Below, piece after piece: positions 1 to 6,697 of a stretch of DNA of 33,924 nucleotides. The translations under genes were made by a program, and so were the position numbers. Origin of the DNA: a virus (taxonomy: Duplodnaviria; Caudoviricetes); the IMG/VR virus record IMGVR_UViG_3300022178_000674, positions 1 through 33,924 of that record, one strand, 5' to 3'. The notes beneath the pieces were generated by a model that saw nothing but the letters and a program-made list of their open reading frames with translations, had not been told where the DNA came from and did not search any database. Within the stretch, counting starts at the first letter, position 1. Each line of letters begins with the position of its first letter.

Positions 1-1
1 A

Positions 2-24
2 TCCCATATAATAGAGAGTGTCAA
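2..24 (-). promoter_or_regulatory. Partial sigma70-type promoter pointing out of the window (-35 TTGACA at 24-19; -10 would lie beyond base 1)
   Basis: Perfect TTGACA on the minus strand with an A-tract upstream. The 17-nt spacer contains the TCCCATA motif (2-8) also seen in other promoters here. Confidence 0.5.
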
Positions 25-51
25 CCCCTAAGATAAATTTTTTTATCCAGG

Positions 52-450
52 CGGGATGCCGGGCTGAACACCGGGCGGAAGCCACCGGGCTGCCGGGGGT
101 TTTACGAACAATTGTTCGGGTTAGCTCACCGGGCACAGTTCCGCCGGGCGGGAGGAGATGCTGCCGGGGAAGATCCGGGGAGCAGGTAATGAATTACCGG
201 GGGTGTCCCGATCCCAGCGCCCCGATCCCGAACAATTGTTCCCGATCCCCGATCCCGAAGACCCCGATCTTCAAAAGGAGGAGCTGCTGCTCCGAGTTCG
301 AGTTGCACACCCAGCAGCCCGATGGTATAATATCCCGAACAATTTTTCGGCTTAACCCCGATCCCGATGCTGGTGATGACAAAGCCCGATCCCGACCCCC
401 GACACATCCCGAACATTTTCCCGCTGGGGAACGCCCGACCGCCCCCTCTA
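52..450. repeat. GC-rich non-coding repeat region (CCGGG repeats, then CCCGAT repeats, with CCGAACA motifs)
   Basis: About 9 CCGGG copies at 59-201, about 9 CCCGAT copies at 207-391, and a perfect palindrome CGAACAATTGTTCG at 105-118. GC content is far above the rest of the window. Confidence 0.8.
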
Positions 451-460
451 GGCAATCCAG

Positions 461-991
461 CTATTCCGCTGGGTTCTCGCTATCTGCTGCTACTGGGATT
501 TGTTCGGCTTCTATGGGATTTTCTGCTGGTGTAACGTCAATCATACGATTTTTAGCACGATCCATAAATTCTTCCAGTTGTTCTACGATTTGGTCACGGG
601 TTAGGCTATCTATGTTTTCGTGTGTTACATGGCTACGAGCGACCATTAATCCCGTTACCTTGAGCCTGAGTTCTTCTGCTTTAATTGCTGCTGAAAAGTT
701 TCCTGCCTGCCATGCTTCATCTCTGAGCAGTTGCATATCCCGAACAGATTTAGTCACAGAGACACCGTACTTGCTTTCTAGCTCCTGTCTCATTTCTTCG
801 AGGCGTTCTTTTACCGTGGGATTATTAAGAAGCTGCACAGCTCTGACGTTGGCGTTCGAATACCCTGCTTCTCGTGCTGCTGCGGTTTGTGTCATATCTC
901 CGTGAAGATAGTTTTTGAGAAACTGTTGCTGTTTTGGATTGAGCCTTCTGTTCCCGTGTATCTTATCTTCTTTTATTCCTACCTTCGGCAT
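461..991 (-). CDS. terS: Terminase small subunit (N-terminal HTH), 176 aa
   Basis: LNPKQQQFLKNYL..TQTAAAREAGYS..AVQLLNNPTVKERLEE..AAIKAEELRLKVTGL is the typical TerS pattern. ATG at 991 has GGAG upstream. Confidence 0.8.
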   Translation of the reverse strand: MPKVGIKEDKIHGNRRLNPKQQQFLKNYLHGDMTQTAAAREAGYSNANVRAVQLLNNPTVKERLEEMRQELESKYGVSVTKSVRDMQLLRDEAWQAGNFSAAIKAEELRLKVTGLMVARSHVTHENIDSLTRDQIVEQLEEFMDRAKNRMIDVTPAENPIEAEQIPVAADSENPAE

Positions 992-1105
992 ACCAGCTCC
1001 TACCCGAACAATTTTACGACTTATGACCCGCAGCCATTCTACTAAAAACGCTACGATGGTCAAGTGCTATAGTTGTCATAATTTCCCAGAACATCAGGAA
1101 GCGGC

Positions 1106-1318
1106 TGACGCTCCATTACGTCAAGGGGGGATGATGTATATCCCCCCCTATAAGGGGGGTGACGCAGTTGACGTAAATTAACCCATTGATTTTATTGATT
1201 TATTTACGTCAACTCGACTTTCTGACGTAGTTGACGCGATTGGTCTAAGTCATTGATTTTATTGAATAAGTTACGGCAACGTCAACCGCGTCAACTTTGA
1301 CGTAGAAAATGTTGACGT
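1106..1318. promoter_or_regulatory. Iteron-like element with two IHF consensus sites (putative replication origin or packaging-initiation site)
   Basis: 11 TGACG/CGTCA copies; WATCAANNNNTTR matches on the minus strand at 1179-1191 and 1246-1258; 15-bp direct repeat CATTGATTTTATTGA; G6/C7/G6 hairpin tracts at 1125-1159. Confidence 0.6.
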
Positions 1319-1349
1319 AAAATAAAGATAAAATAATTTATTTTTTCTC

Positions 1350-1378
1350 TTGACATATGGAAAAACTTCATATACTAT
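1350..1378 (+). promoter_or_regulatory. Early sigma70-type promoter P1
   Basis: TTGACA-N17-TACTAT with an AT-rich upstream region, followed by SD GAGGAG and ATG at 1407. Confidence 0.85.
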
Positions 1379-1406
1379 AGTGATAGTATTTTAGAGGAGT
1401 AAACAA

Positions 1407-1694
1407 ATGCAAGTAAAGTTAGAAAAAAGCACAGCGCATACAGTTTATTATACAGCTAGGAATGGTAAAACATTATTTCATTTAATGGCGTATGATGCAG
1501 AAGGCAGAGAGTATTCTCATTATTATAATTTTCATGATCGTGATCGTGCAGACGTTTTAGCTAAGAAAGTTAATGATCTTGGTTATATTAATCATGATCA
1601 TTGGGGTTGTAGAGTTCCTTATGGATCTAATGCTTGGCTTTCTGACGGTATGGAAGATCGTTTAATTGAAGATGAAAAAAATGGTTATTTATAG
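1407..1694 (+). CDS. Hypothetical early protein, 95 aa
   Basis: ORF with a strong SD (GAGGAG) directly after the promoter. Confidence 0.8.
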   Translation: MQVKLEKSTAHTVYYTARNGKTLFHLMAYDAEGREYSHYYNFHDRDRADVLAKKVNDLGYINHDHWGCRVPYGSNAWLSDGMEDRLIEDEKNGYL

Positions 1695-1703
1695 GAGGTA
1701 ATA

Positions 1704-1970
1704 ATGGTTATTAAATTAAATTCTTTCAGCAACAAAGATTGCACTTTAGAGGACGCTCAGACTTGCGTTAATCAACTTGCCGATGTGGTAAATGTTATTC
1801 TGGAAGCGGCTAAAAAAATGTCTGACGCAGAACAAAATGATGCGGTTTGCAAAGAAGTTTTCGAGAACACATATTGGAAGCTATACAATAGATTAAGTTA
1901 TCTAGAAACTGACAAGCACAGGCATCCGCACAACGAACAACTAGAATATGTAATGAATAGGAATGGGTAA
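1704..1970 (+). CDS. Hypothetical early protein, 88 aa
   Basis: SD AGGAGGT and operon spacing. Confidence 0.8.
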   Translation: MVIKLNSFSNKDCTLEDAQTCVNQLADVVNVILEAAKKMSDAEQNDAVCKEVFENTYWKLYNRLSYLETDKHRHPHNEQLEYVMNRNG

Positions 1971-1975
1971 TAAAA

Positions 1976-2386
1976 ATGAAAAACGATACTGATATGTTTG
2001 GCACTTGGATTTTAAACTTTTACTTTAAGGAGTTCATGAAGCACATGAAGAGTGATCCTAAGTATACTGAGGAGTTGAAAGCTGTGGCTGATGCTCACAC
2101 GATTTACGCAGAGGGTGATCTTGCTTTAGAGGAGTACGTCAAGAAAGAGTATTTAAAATACATGACCAATACTCTTGATGTTACTGAGGAGAAGGTTTTG
2201 GACATCATTAAGAAATGTCTTAAAGATATGCCGCAACCAGATTGGAACCCAAAGTACGATTATTTTCTTGATTACTTTTCTACTATTACAAACGAAGTTT
2301 GTTCTGAGTTGATTGACATTCATTTAAATGAAAACCTAAAAAAGTGGGTTGCTAGTTTAGAGGCTAAACACGCGACTATTAATTAA
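1976..2386 (+). CDS. Hypothetical helical protein, 136 aa
   Basis: ORF tightly packed after 1970 on the same strand. Confidence 0.75.
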   Translation: MKNDTDMFGTWILNFYFKEFMKHMKSDPKYTEELKAVADAHTIYAEGDLALEEYVKKEYLKYMTNTLDVTEEKVLDIIKKCLKDMPQPDWNPKYDYFLDYFSTITNEVCSELIDIHLNENLKKWVASLEAKHATIN

Positions 2387-2389
2387 TAA

Positions 2390-2500
2390 GCATAGTAAGC
2401 CATGAGTGCTGAGATCGCCAAAAGTGTTATCATTAAGAGTCTCAAACCGTGGCAGTGCAAGCGGTTTTAATATTGGCGTAATTCCTTGGCTGTGATTGCA
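2390..2500 (+). ncRNA. Candidate structured (pseudoknotted) RNA in a 3' UTR
   Basis: Nested helices AGCCA/TGGCT, CGCCAA/TTGGCG and AACCGT/GCGGTT, plus a crossing helix TGAGAT/GTCTCA. No credible ORF. Lies just before a terminator. Confidence 0.45.
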
Positions 2501-2504
2501 TATT

Positions 2505-2538
2505 GAGGGGGATTTGTTTCCCCCTCTTTTATTTTTTA
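2505..2538 (+). terminator. Intrinsic terminator
   Basis: GAGGGGGA-tttgtt-TCCCCCTC followed by a T-tract. Confidence 0.85.
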
Positions 2539-2539
2539 C

Positions 2540-2568
2540 TTGACAAACTTTCCCATAAATGATAAGAT
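2540..2568 (+). promoter_or_regulatory. Early sigma70-type promoter P2
   Basis: TTGACA-N17-TAAGAT with TGn extension; spacer contains TCCCATA (2551-2557). Confidence 0.8.
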
Positions 2569-2597
2569 AATTTATCTAGTAAAAAAGGAAACAATAA

Positions 2598-3020
2598 ATG
2601 TATTATTTAGCATATGGAATGAACACTAACAGGGAGGCGATGTCGCATCGTTGCCCCAAGGCCAAACCAATGGGTGGGTTTTACTTACCTAATTACCGTT
2701 TGATCTTTCGTGGCGTGGCTGACTTTCGTGCTGATGCTGATGCTATCTTGCCAGTTGTATTGTGGGAAATCACAGAGGACTGTCTTGGTGCGTTGGATAT
2801 GTTGGAAGGCTATCCAGATTTTTATGATCGCAGGAAGATCAATAAAGAGTGGATCATTTACGACATGAATGGCAACAAGAACTATTTGCATGTACCGTCT
2901 GGTGGTTACTACAACATGATCGAAGAGGGTTATAAATACTTCGGCCTTGATGATTATTACCTACGTTCTGCAAAGCGTGACGCTGATCTTGTTGATGTAG
3001 GAGTTACGGCAAATGGATGA
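2598..3020 (+). CDS. Gamma-glutamylcyclotransferase (GGCT/AIG2-like) family protein
   Basis: YYLAYGMNTN...RCP.A...L.NYRLIF.GVAD...VLWEIT...ALDMLEGYP..Y.R is the GGCT-like pattern. Confidence 0.85.
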   Translation: MYYLAYGMNTNREAMSHRCPKAKPMGGFYLPNYRLIFRGVADFRADADAILPVVLWEITEDCLGALDMLEGYPDFYDRRKINKEWIIYDMNGNKNYLHVPSGGYYNMIEEGYKYFGLDDYYLRSAKRDADLVDVGVTANG

Positions 3021-3147
3021 AGATGAATTTATTGATTTGTTAAAGGAGTTCGTAAAGGACAAGCCTGTTGAGTTTTATCAACACGCTGACTTAATGGATG
3101 ATGGTCAAATTTGGATTAGCTTTGAATTGGAGAGTAAAGATGGATAA
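3013..3147 (+). CDS. Small acidic hypothetical protein, 44 aa (MDEDEFIDLLKEFVKDKP...), not in the ORF track
   Basis: SD AGGAG upstream; overlaps both neighbours as in a coupled operon. Confidence 0.65.
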   Translation: MDEDEFIDLLKEFVKDKPVEFYQHADLMDDGQIWISFELESKDG

Positions 3148-3307
3148 ACTTATTGATGAGGTTTTGGATCAAATTAAAAAAGATGTTAAAAGTGGAGATA
3201 TGACCGCAATTAAGGAATTAATTAAAAAACTTATTATCAATTCCCCTACACCGAGGTCTAGAAAATTTTCACAAGAACAAATGAAATCATTTTTATCGGA
3301 GGTATAA
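3140..3307 (+). CDS. Hypothetical protein, 55 aa (MDKLIDEVLDQIKKD...)
   Basis: SD GGAG before ATG at 3140. Confidence 0.7.
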   Translation: MDKLIDEVLDQIKKDVKSGDMTAIKELIKKLIINSPTPRSRKFSQEQMKSFLSEV

Positions 3308-3308
3308 A

Positions 3309-3431
3309 ATGAATAAACTTATTCGGCTTTTGGAGCAGATGGATGCTGACTTTGAAGATCGTTGGATTGCTGTAATTGCTATCTTAATGGTTATTGTTTG
3401 GATTTTAGGAGTTCACTTCGAATGGTTTTAG
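3309..3431 (+). CDS. Small single-TM membrane protein, 40 aa, not in the ORF track
   Basis: SD GGAGGT; MNKLIRLLEQMDADFEDRWIAVIAILMVIVWILGVHFEWF contains one hydrophobic segment. Confidence 0.7.
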   Translation: MNKLIRLLEQMDADFEDRWIAVIAILMVIVWILGVHFEWF

Positions 3432-3456
3432 ATCCTGACATAACCCGAATAACTTG

Positions 3457-3487
3457 ACCCTCGCATTCGTGCGGGGGTTTTTTATTT
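3457..3487 (+). terminator. Intrinsic terminator (UUCG loop)
   Basis: ACCCTCGCA-TTCG-TGCGGGGGT followed by a T-tract. Confidence 0.85.
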
Positions 3488-3619
3488 CCTACTGCTGTGT
3501 TGTAAGTTTCAGTTGTATTTTATAAGCCGAACAATTCATCGGGTTATTACTTACTGCTGTGTTATGTTTACCAGTGGTATAACCTACAGCAATATTTTGT
3601 GTGCTAGTGGTTTTTTTAC

Positions 3620-3649
3620 TTGACATCCCATATGTTCCCATGTTATAAT
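3620..3649 (+). promoter_or_regulatory. Sigma70-type promoter P3 driving a non-coding transcript
   Basis: TTGACA-N18-TATAAT with TGn extension; spacer carries TCCCATA and TCCCATG in tandem. Confidence 0.8.
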
Positions 3650-3655
3650 TTAAAT

Positions 3656-3747
3656 ATAGTAAGTTAATCGCTTGTTACTTACTACCTCAAAATACTAGAC
3701 TATACCCTCGATGCTTTTATTTCTGTTTTTGCATCGGGGGTTTTTTT
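3656..3747 (+). ncRNA. Candidate ~90-nt small regulatory RNA
   Basis: Bounded by a near-consensus promoter and a terminator with no credible ORF. It has a 5' hairpin (TAGTAAGT/ACTTACTA) and an exposed linker starting with anti-SD CCTC. Confidence 0.7.
3704..3747 (+). terminator. Intrinsic terminator of the sRNA
   Basis: CCCTCGATGC/GCATCGGGGG stem followed by T7. Confidence 0.85.
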
Positions 3748-3769
3748 ATAAAAAAATTTATATTTCCTC

Positions 3770-3798
3770 TTGACCTTTTAGATAAAATACTTTATACT
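3770..3798 (+). promoter_or_regulatory. Early sigma70-type promoter P4
   Basis: TTGACC-N17-TATACT (a second TATAAT at 3800-3805), then SD AAGGAGG before ATG at 3830. Confidence 0.8.
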
Positions 3799-3829
3799 TT
3801 ATAATATATCTAGTATAAGGAGGATTATC

Positions 3830-4267
3830 ATGGGATTAGATATGTATCTACGCGGTGAAAAGTTCGTTAGTAAATACGATCATTCGCAGCAAGCACCAGA
3901 AGGTGGTTCATTAGAGGTAAAGCGACCTGTTATTGATGGCTTTGAGGTTTCTGAGTACATTCTTGACATGGGTTACTGGTGCAAGTTTGCACCGTTGCAC
4001 AAGTATATTGTGAAGGTGTTCGCAGGTGATGTTGATGATTGTCAACCTATTCATTTAACTAATTTGGATTGTAATCGTATTGCTCAAGCTTTGCGTGATG
4101 GTGGCTTACCTGACAATGAAGATTGTAACGGCTGTTTCTTCGGACATCCTGAGTGGTGGGATGAAGACCGATTGAATGGTGAAGAACACGCAAAGGTTTT
4201 TGACAAAGCCGCTGAGTGGGTGGAATCCAATTCTTGGAACACTGTAACCTATCAGGCGAGTTGGTAA
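3830..4267 (+). CDS. Conserved phage hypothetical protein ('MGLDMYL...YQASW' type), 145 aa
   Basis: Strong SD; the N- and C-terminal motifs match a widespread phage family of unknown function. Confidence 0.85.
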   Translation: MGLDMYLRGEKFVSKYDHSQQAPEGGSLEVKRPVIDGFEVSEYILDMGYWCKFAPLHKYIVKVFAGDVDDCQPIHLTNLDCNRIAQALRDGGLPDNEDCNGCFFGHPEWWDEDRLNGEEHAKVFDKAAEWVESNSWNTVTYQASW

Positions 4268-4268
4268 T

Positions 4269-4433
4269 ATGAGATATGAAGTGCGAGTAGTGCTATCTGA
4301 AACGGTTGATGCTGACAGCCCAAAAGAAGCGCAACAGAAGTTTATGGATAACTTCGAGTATGCTGACGTTAAACATGGAACGTGGCACGTTGAGCCTGAC
4401 GATGTTGAATCAATGGAGGAACCATATGCCTAA
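4269..4433 (+). CDS. Small protein, 54 aa (MRYEVRVVLSETVDADSPKEAQQKF...), not in the ORF track
   Basis: Fills the gap between neighbours; shares the V-x-A-D-S-x-x-E-A motif with the next gene. Confidence 0.7.
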   Translation: MRYEVRVVLSETVDADSPKEAQQKFMDNFEYADVKHGTWHVEPDDVESMEEPYA

Positions 4434-4611
4434 GTTTAAAGTAACTGCCACAATGGATGTGGGATATACCGCTATTATTGAAGCCGATAGCCAAGATGAA
4501 GCGTGGGAGATTGCAAAGGGTGACTGTGAAGCAGATTGGGAGCAAACTGATAACGGTCACGATTGGACATTGGAAAACATTAGGGAGTTTAAAGATGTGG
4601 ATTTGCAATAA
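4426..4611 (+). CDS. Small protein, 61 aa (MPKFKVTATM...IEADSQDEAWEIA), DpnD/PcfM-like pattern
   Basis: SD GGAGG before ATG at 4426. Confidence 0.75.
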   Translation: MPKFKVTATMDVGYTAIIEADSQDEAWEIAKGDCEADWEQTDNGHDWTLENIREFKDVDLQ

Positions 4612-4759
4612 GTGTAACAAAGAGTGGGGGGTGGATGATTTTGCCCCCGACCTTTGCGAGTGTGGTGGAGAGGTCAAGTTCATTGAGCCTCAAGCCATGA
4701 TTGAGATCAACCAAGTTCTGGACGAAGCGTTTCAGAAAGTATTTGGGGAGAAATGGTAA
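4595..4759 (+). CDS. Small zinc-ribbon protein, 54 aa
   Basis: MWICNKC...CECGG Cys pairs; SD GGGAG. Confidence 0.7.
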   Translation: MWICNKCNKEWGVDDFAPDLCECGGEVKFIEPQAMIEINQVLDEAFQKVFGEKW

Positions 4760-5037
4760 TGAAAGTTGCACCTAAAACCTTAAATAAATTCGCTTGGAGT
4801 ATCTCTGGTCTTACTGAAGTAATTGGTCAATCTTTTGAAACGTCCAGTGATGAAGGTAGAATTTTAAGTTGGGCAGATGAAGATGGCTATTGGCTTACTT
4901 TAATTTGCGATGATGACGGTAAAGTTCACGCGATGTTTTACGATAGTATGTGTGAAAAAATGTATGTGGCTATTGGTTACTGCCGTTATCACAACATTAA
5001 CTTTGAATTAAATTGGGAGGGTAACAATGAGCAATAA
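4759..5037 (+). CDS. Hypothetical protein, about 92 aa
   Basis: TAATG overlap with the upstream gene. Confidence 0.75.
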   Translation: MKVAPKTLNKFAWSISGLTEVIGQSFETSSDEGRILSWADEDGYWLTLICDDDGKVHAMFYDSMCEKMYVAIGYCRYHNINFELNWEGNNEQ

Positions 5038-5914
5038 ATTCGTTGAGATCGTTACTGATGTAATGGACAATTTCAGAAGTACAATAGAGAGTCCCGAAGA
5101 TTTAAACTTCGGGGTTCTTCAAAACTACCGTTATGCCTTAGAGGACATGAAGGAAGCGGATATGTACTTTATTTCCGAAGACTTCAAAGAAGCTTTGGCA
5201 GCTTATCATAATGAGTTGGTTGAGGAAGAAGAGAATAGCAGGGAGGTTGTATTCTCTGAAGATTGCAGGCTACCGTCAAAGCTTTGCTTTATCTCTTTAG
5301 ACACATTCGACACAAAGGATTTGGACACTGGAGAAGTTGTCAGGGCATTTGGCAGCGGTCATATTGATGGCTTTCTTTGCCGACAGTCTGAGGATGGTTC
5401 AGTTGCTATTCGTTTGGTAGCCCGAAATTCAACTCCTACTCATATTGGCAGCTACGAATTAAAGCGTGGTGGGATTAGGTTCCCGACAGAGCTGCACGAA
5501 AGATTAGAGAACGATGAAAGCTTTCATGCGATGTATCTTGAAATGATTACTACAATTTCTGGTGCGTTTTCTTTGATCAATCAGCCCCGATTTGTGGACG
5601 TTTTGAAGTCGGGTAGTAGGCAGCAGCGCAAAAGAGCGCAGAAGCAACATGGCGTTGACGTAGAGCAATGGCATGAAATCAGTTGGAACATCAATGAGCC
5701 TATTGAGGGTGAAGTTGATGAACGTGGCAGATCTTTCCATATGCCACTGCACTACACCAGAGGCCACTGGCGCAAGGCAAAGCCCCATTGGGATGACGTT
5801 GTGTACCGAGAGGATGGCTTACCATACATCTGGATTGATGGTTTCTGGTCTGGGCATCCTGCGTATGGAATTAAAAAGGGCTATCATGCCCCAAAGCTAG
5901 GAAAGGCAGCATAA
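5027..5914 (+). CDS. Phage protein with C-terminal H-x-x-R-G-H-W-R motif, 295 aa
   Basis: SD GGGAGG; motif PLHYTRGHWR...WIDGFWSGHP. Confidence 0.85.
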   Translation: MSNKFVEIVTDVMDNFRSTIESPEDLNFGVLQNYRYALEDMKEADMYFISEDFKEALAAYHNELVEEEENSREVVFSEDCRLPSKLCFISLDTFDTKDLDTGEVVRAFGSGHIDGFLCRQSEDGSVAIRLVARNSTPTHIGSYELKRGGIRFPTELHERLENDESFHAMYLEMITTISGAFSLINQPRFVDVLKSGSRQQRKRAQKQHGVDVEQWHEISWNINEPIEGEVDERGRSFHMPLHYTRGHWRKAKPHWDDVVYREDGLPYIWIDGFWSGHPAYGIKKGYHAPKLGKAA

Positions 5915-6262
5915 ATGGCTATTGAAGACGATACTATGTGTATGCACTACACACTCGAAAGGCTTAGTGACATCAAGACTGAGACTGATTTGAATAAGTT
6001 TAAGGACGAGATTAAGCACAATCTTGGTGTCAATGAGCAATGGCGCAGGGATAACCCTGCGTACCTTGATCTATTAGCTCAAGATGACTTTGATGTTCTG
6101 AGGGCTGTTAGAACGACTAAGGACAAATACATTCGTAGAGCCTTAGAGAAGTCAAAGAACGTGAGTTCTGCTTCTAAATTATTAGGGTTGAAAAATTATC
6201 AAACCCTGCAAAACTGGATGAGAGAGTTAGGTATTGAAGATGATAATAACATTCGAAAATAA
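5915..6262 (+). CDS. Fis-type HTH DNA-binding protein
   Basis: YIRRALEKSKNVSSASKLLGLKNYQTLQNWMRELGI resembles the Fis/HTH_8 helix-turn-helix. Confidence 0.75.
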   Translation: MAIEDDTMCMHYTLERLSDIKTETDLNKFKDEIKHNLGVNEQWRRDNPAYLDLLAQDDFDVLRAVRTTKDKYIRRALEKSKNVSSASKLLGLKNYQTLQNWMRELGIEDDNNIRK

Positions 6263-6473
6263 GAAAGACAGGCCGAGCTTAAAAAAAGCTCAAGAGCTTG
6301 TCGGTGGTTTAGTCGAAATGGTTCACTTGCCACATAGACCAGAATTGCAAGTTCTTGTTAACGAAGAGGGGCTTTTAAAAGATTTGCCCCTTAATGTGGC
6401 GGCATCAAAGCTATGTATGCAGCCTATCGTTGGGGACGTTGTGGTTTTAAAAGGAGAAGCCCAATGGGACTAA
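6240..6473 (+). CDS. DUF3846-like protein
   Basis: L..AQELVGGLVEMV...VNEEGLLKDLPLN..AS...IVGDVVV. Confidence 0.75.
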   Translation: MIITFENKKDRPSLKKAQELVGGLVEMVHLPHRPELQVLVNEEGLLKDLPLNVAASKLCMQPIVGDVVVLKGEAQWD

Positions 6474-6697
6474 CAGATGATGAAGATTTTCACACGGTTC
6501 ATGTGTACCCAAAGCCTGATCACTATCCTGAGAAGCGAGAGTTCTTTGTTGAGATAGAGGGCGTTGTTAGAAAGACTTATCCGATTAAAGCTGAGAGTTC
6601 TGCTAAAGCCAGTCAAATGGCTAAGAGCGAGTTTATTATTGAGTTCGGTGGAGATAAGGACAAGATTTTGATTAACGATGTTTGGAAAAATAAATGA
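6464..6697 (+). CDS. Hypothetical protein, 77 aa
   Basis: SD AAGGAG before ATG at 6464; IKAESSAKA motif. Confidence 0.75.
   Translation: MGLTDDEDFHTVHVYPKPDHYPEKREFFVEIEGVVRKTYPIKAESSAKASQMAKSEFIIEFGGDKDKILINDVWKNK

Noticed and set aside
105-118. CGAACAATTGTTCG as a LexA (GAAC-N4-GTTC) SOS box
   Set aside because: It is not positioned on a promoter, and it is better explained as two overlapping copies of the genome-wide CCGAACA motif, whose other copies are mostly half-sites.
18-905. 295-aa plus-strand ORF and the other ORFs within 126-455
   Set aside because: They arise from the GC-rich repeats and the antisense strand of terS. The translations are low-complexity Pro/Arg/Ser and there is no convincing SD.
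2404-2482. TPP riboswitch (GCTGAGA ... TAATA..GGCGTA) or HDV-like ribozyme
   Set aside because: It lacks the TPP CCUGAU/P4-P5 arrangement and the HDV P3/L3 and catalytic C. It is kept only as an unclassified structured RNA.
3490-3563. Mini-CRISPR array from the TACTGCTGTGTT repeats
   Set aside because: Only two 12-nt copies; too short and too few for a CRISPR array.
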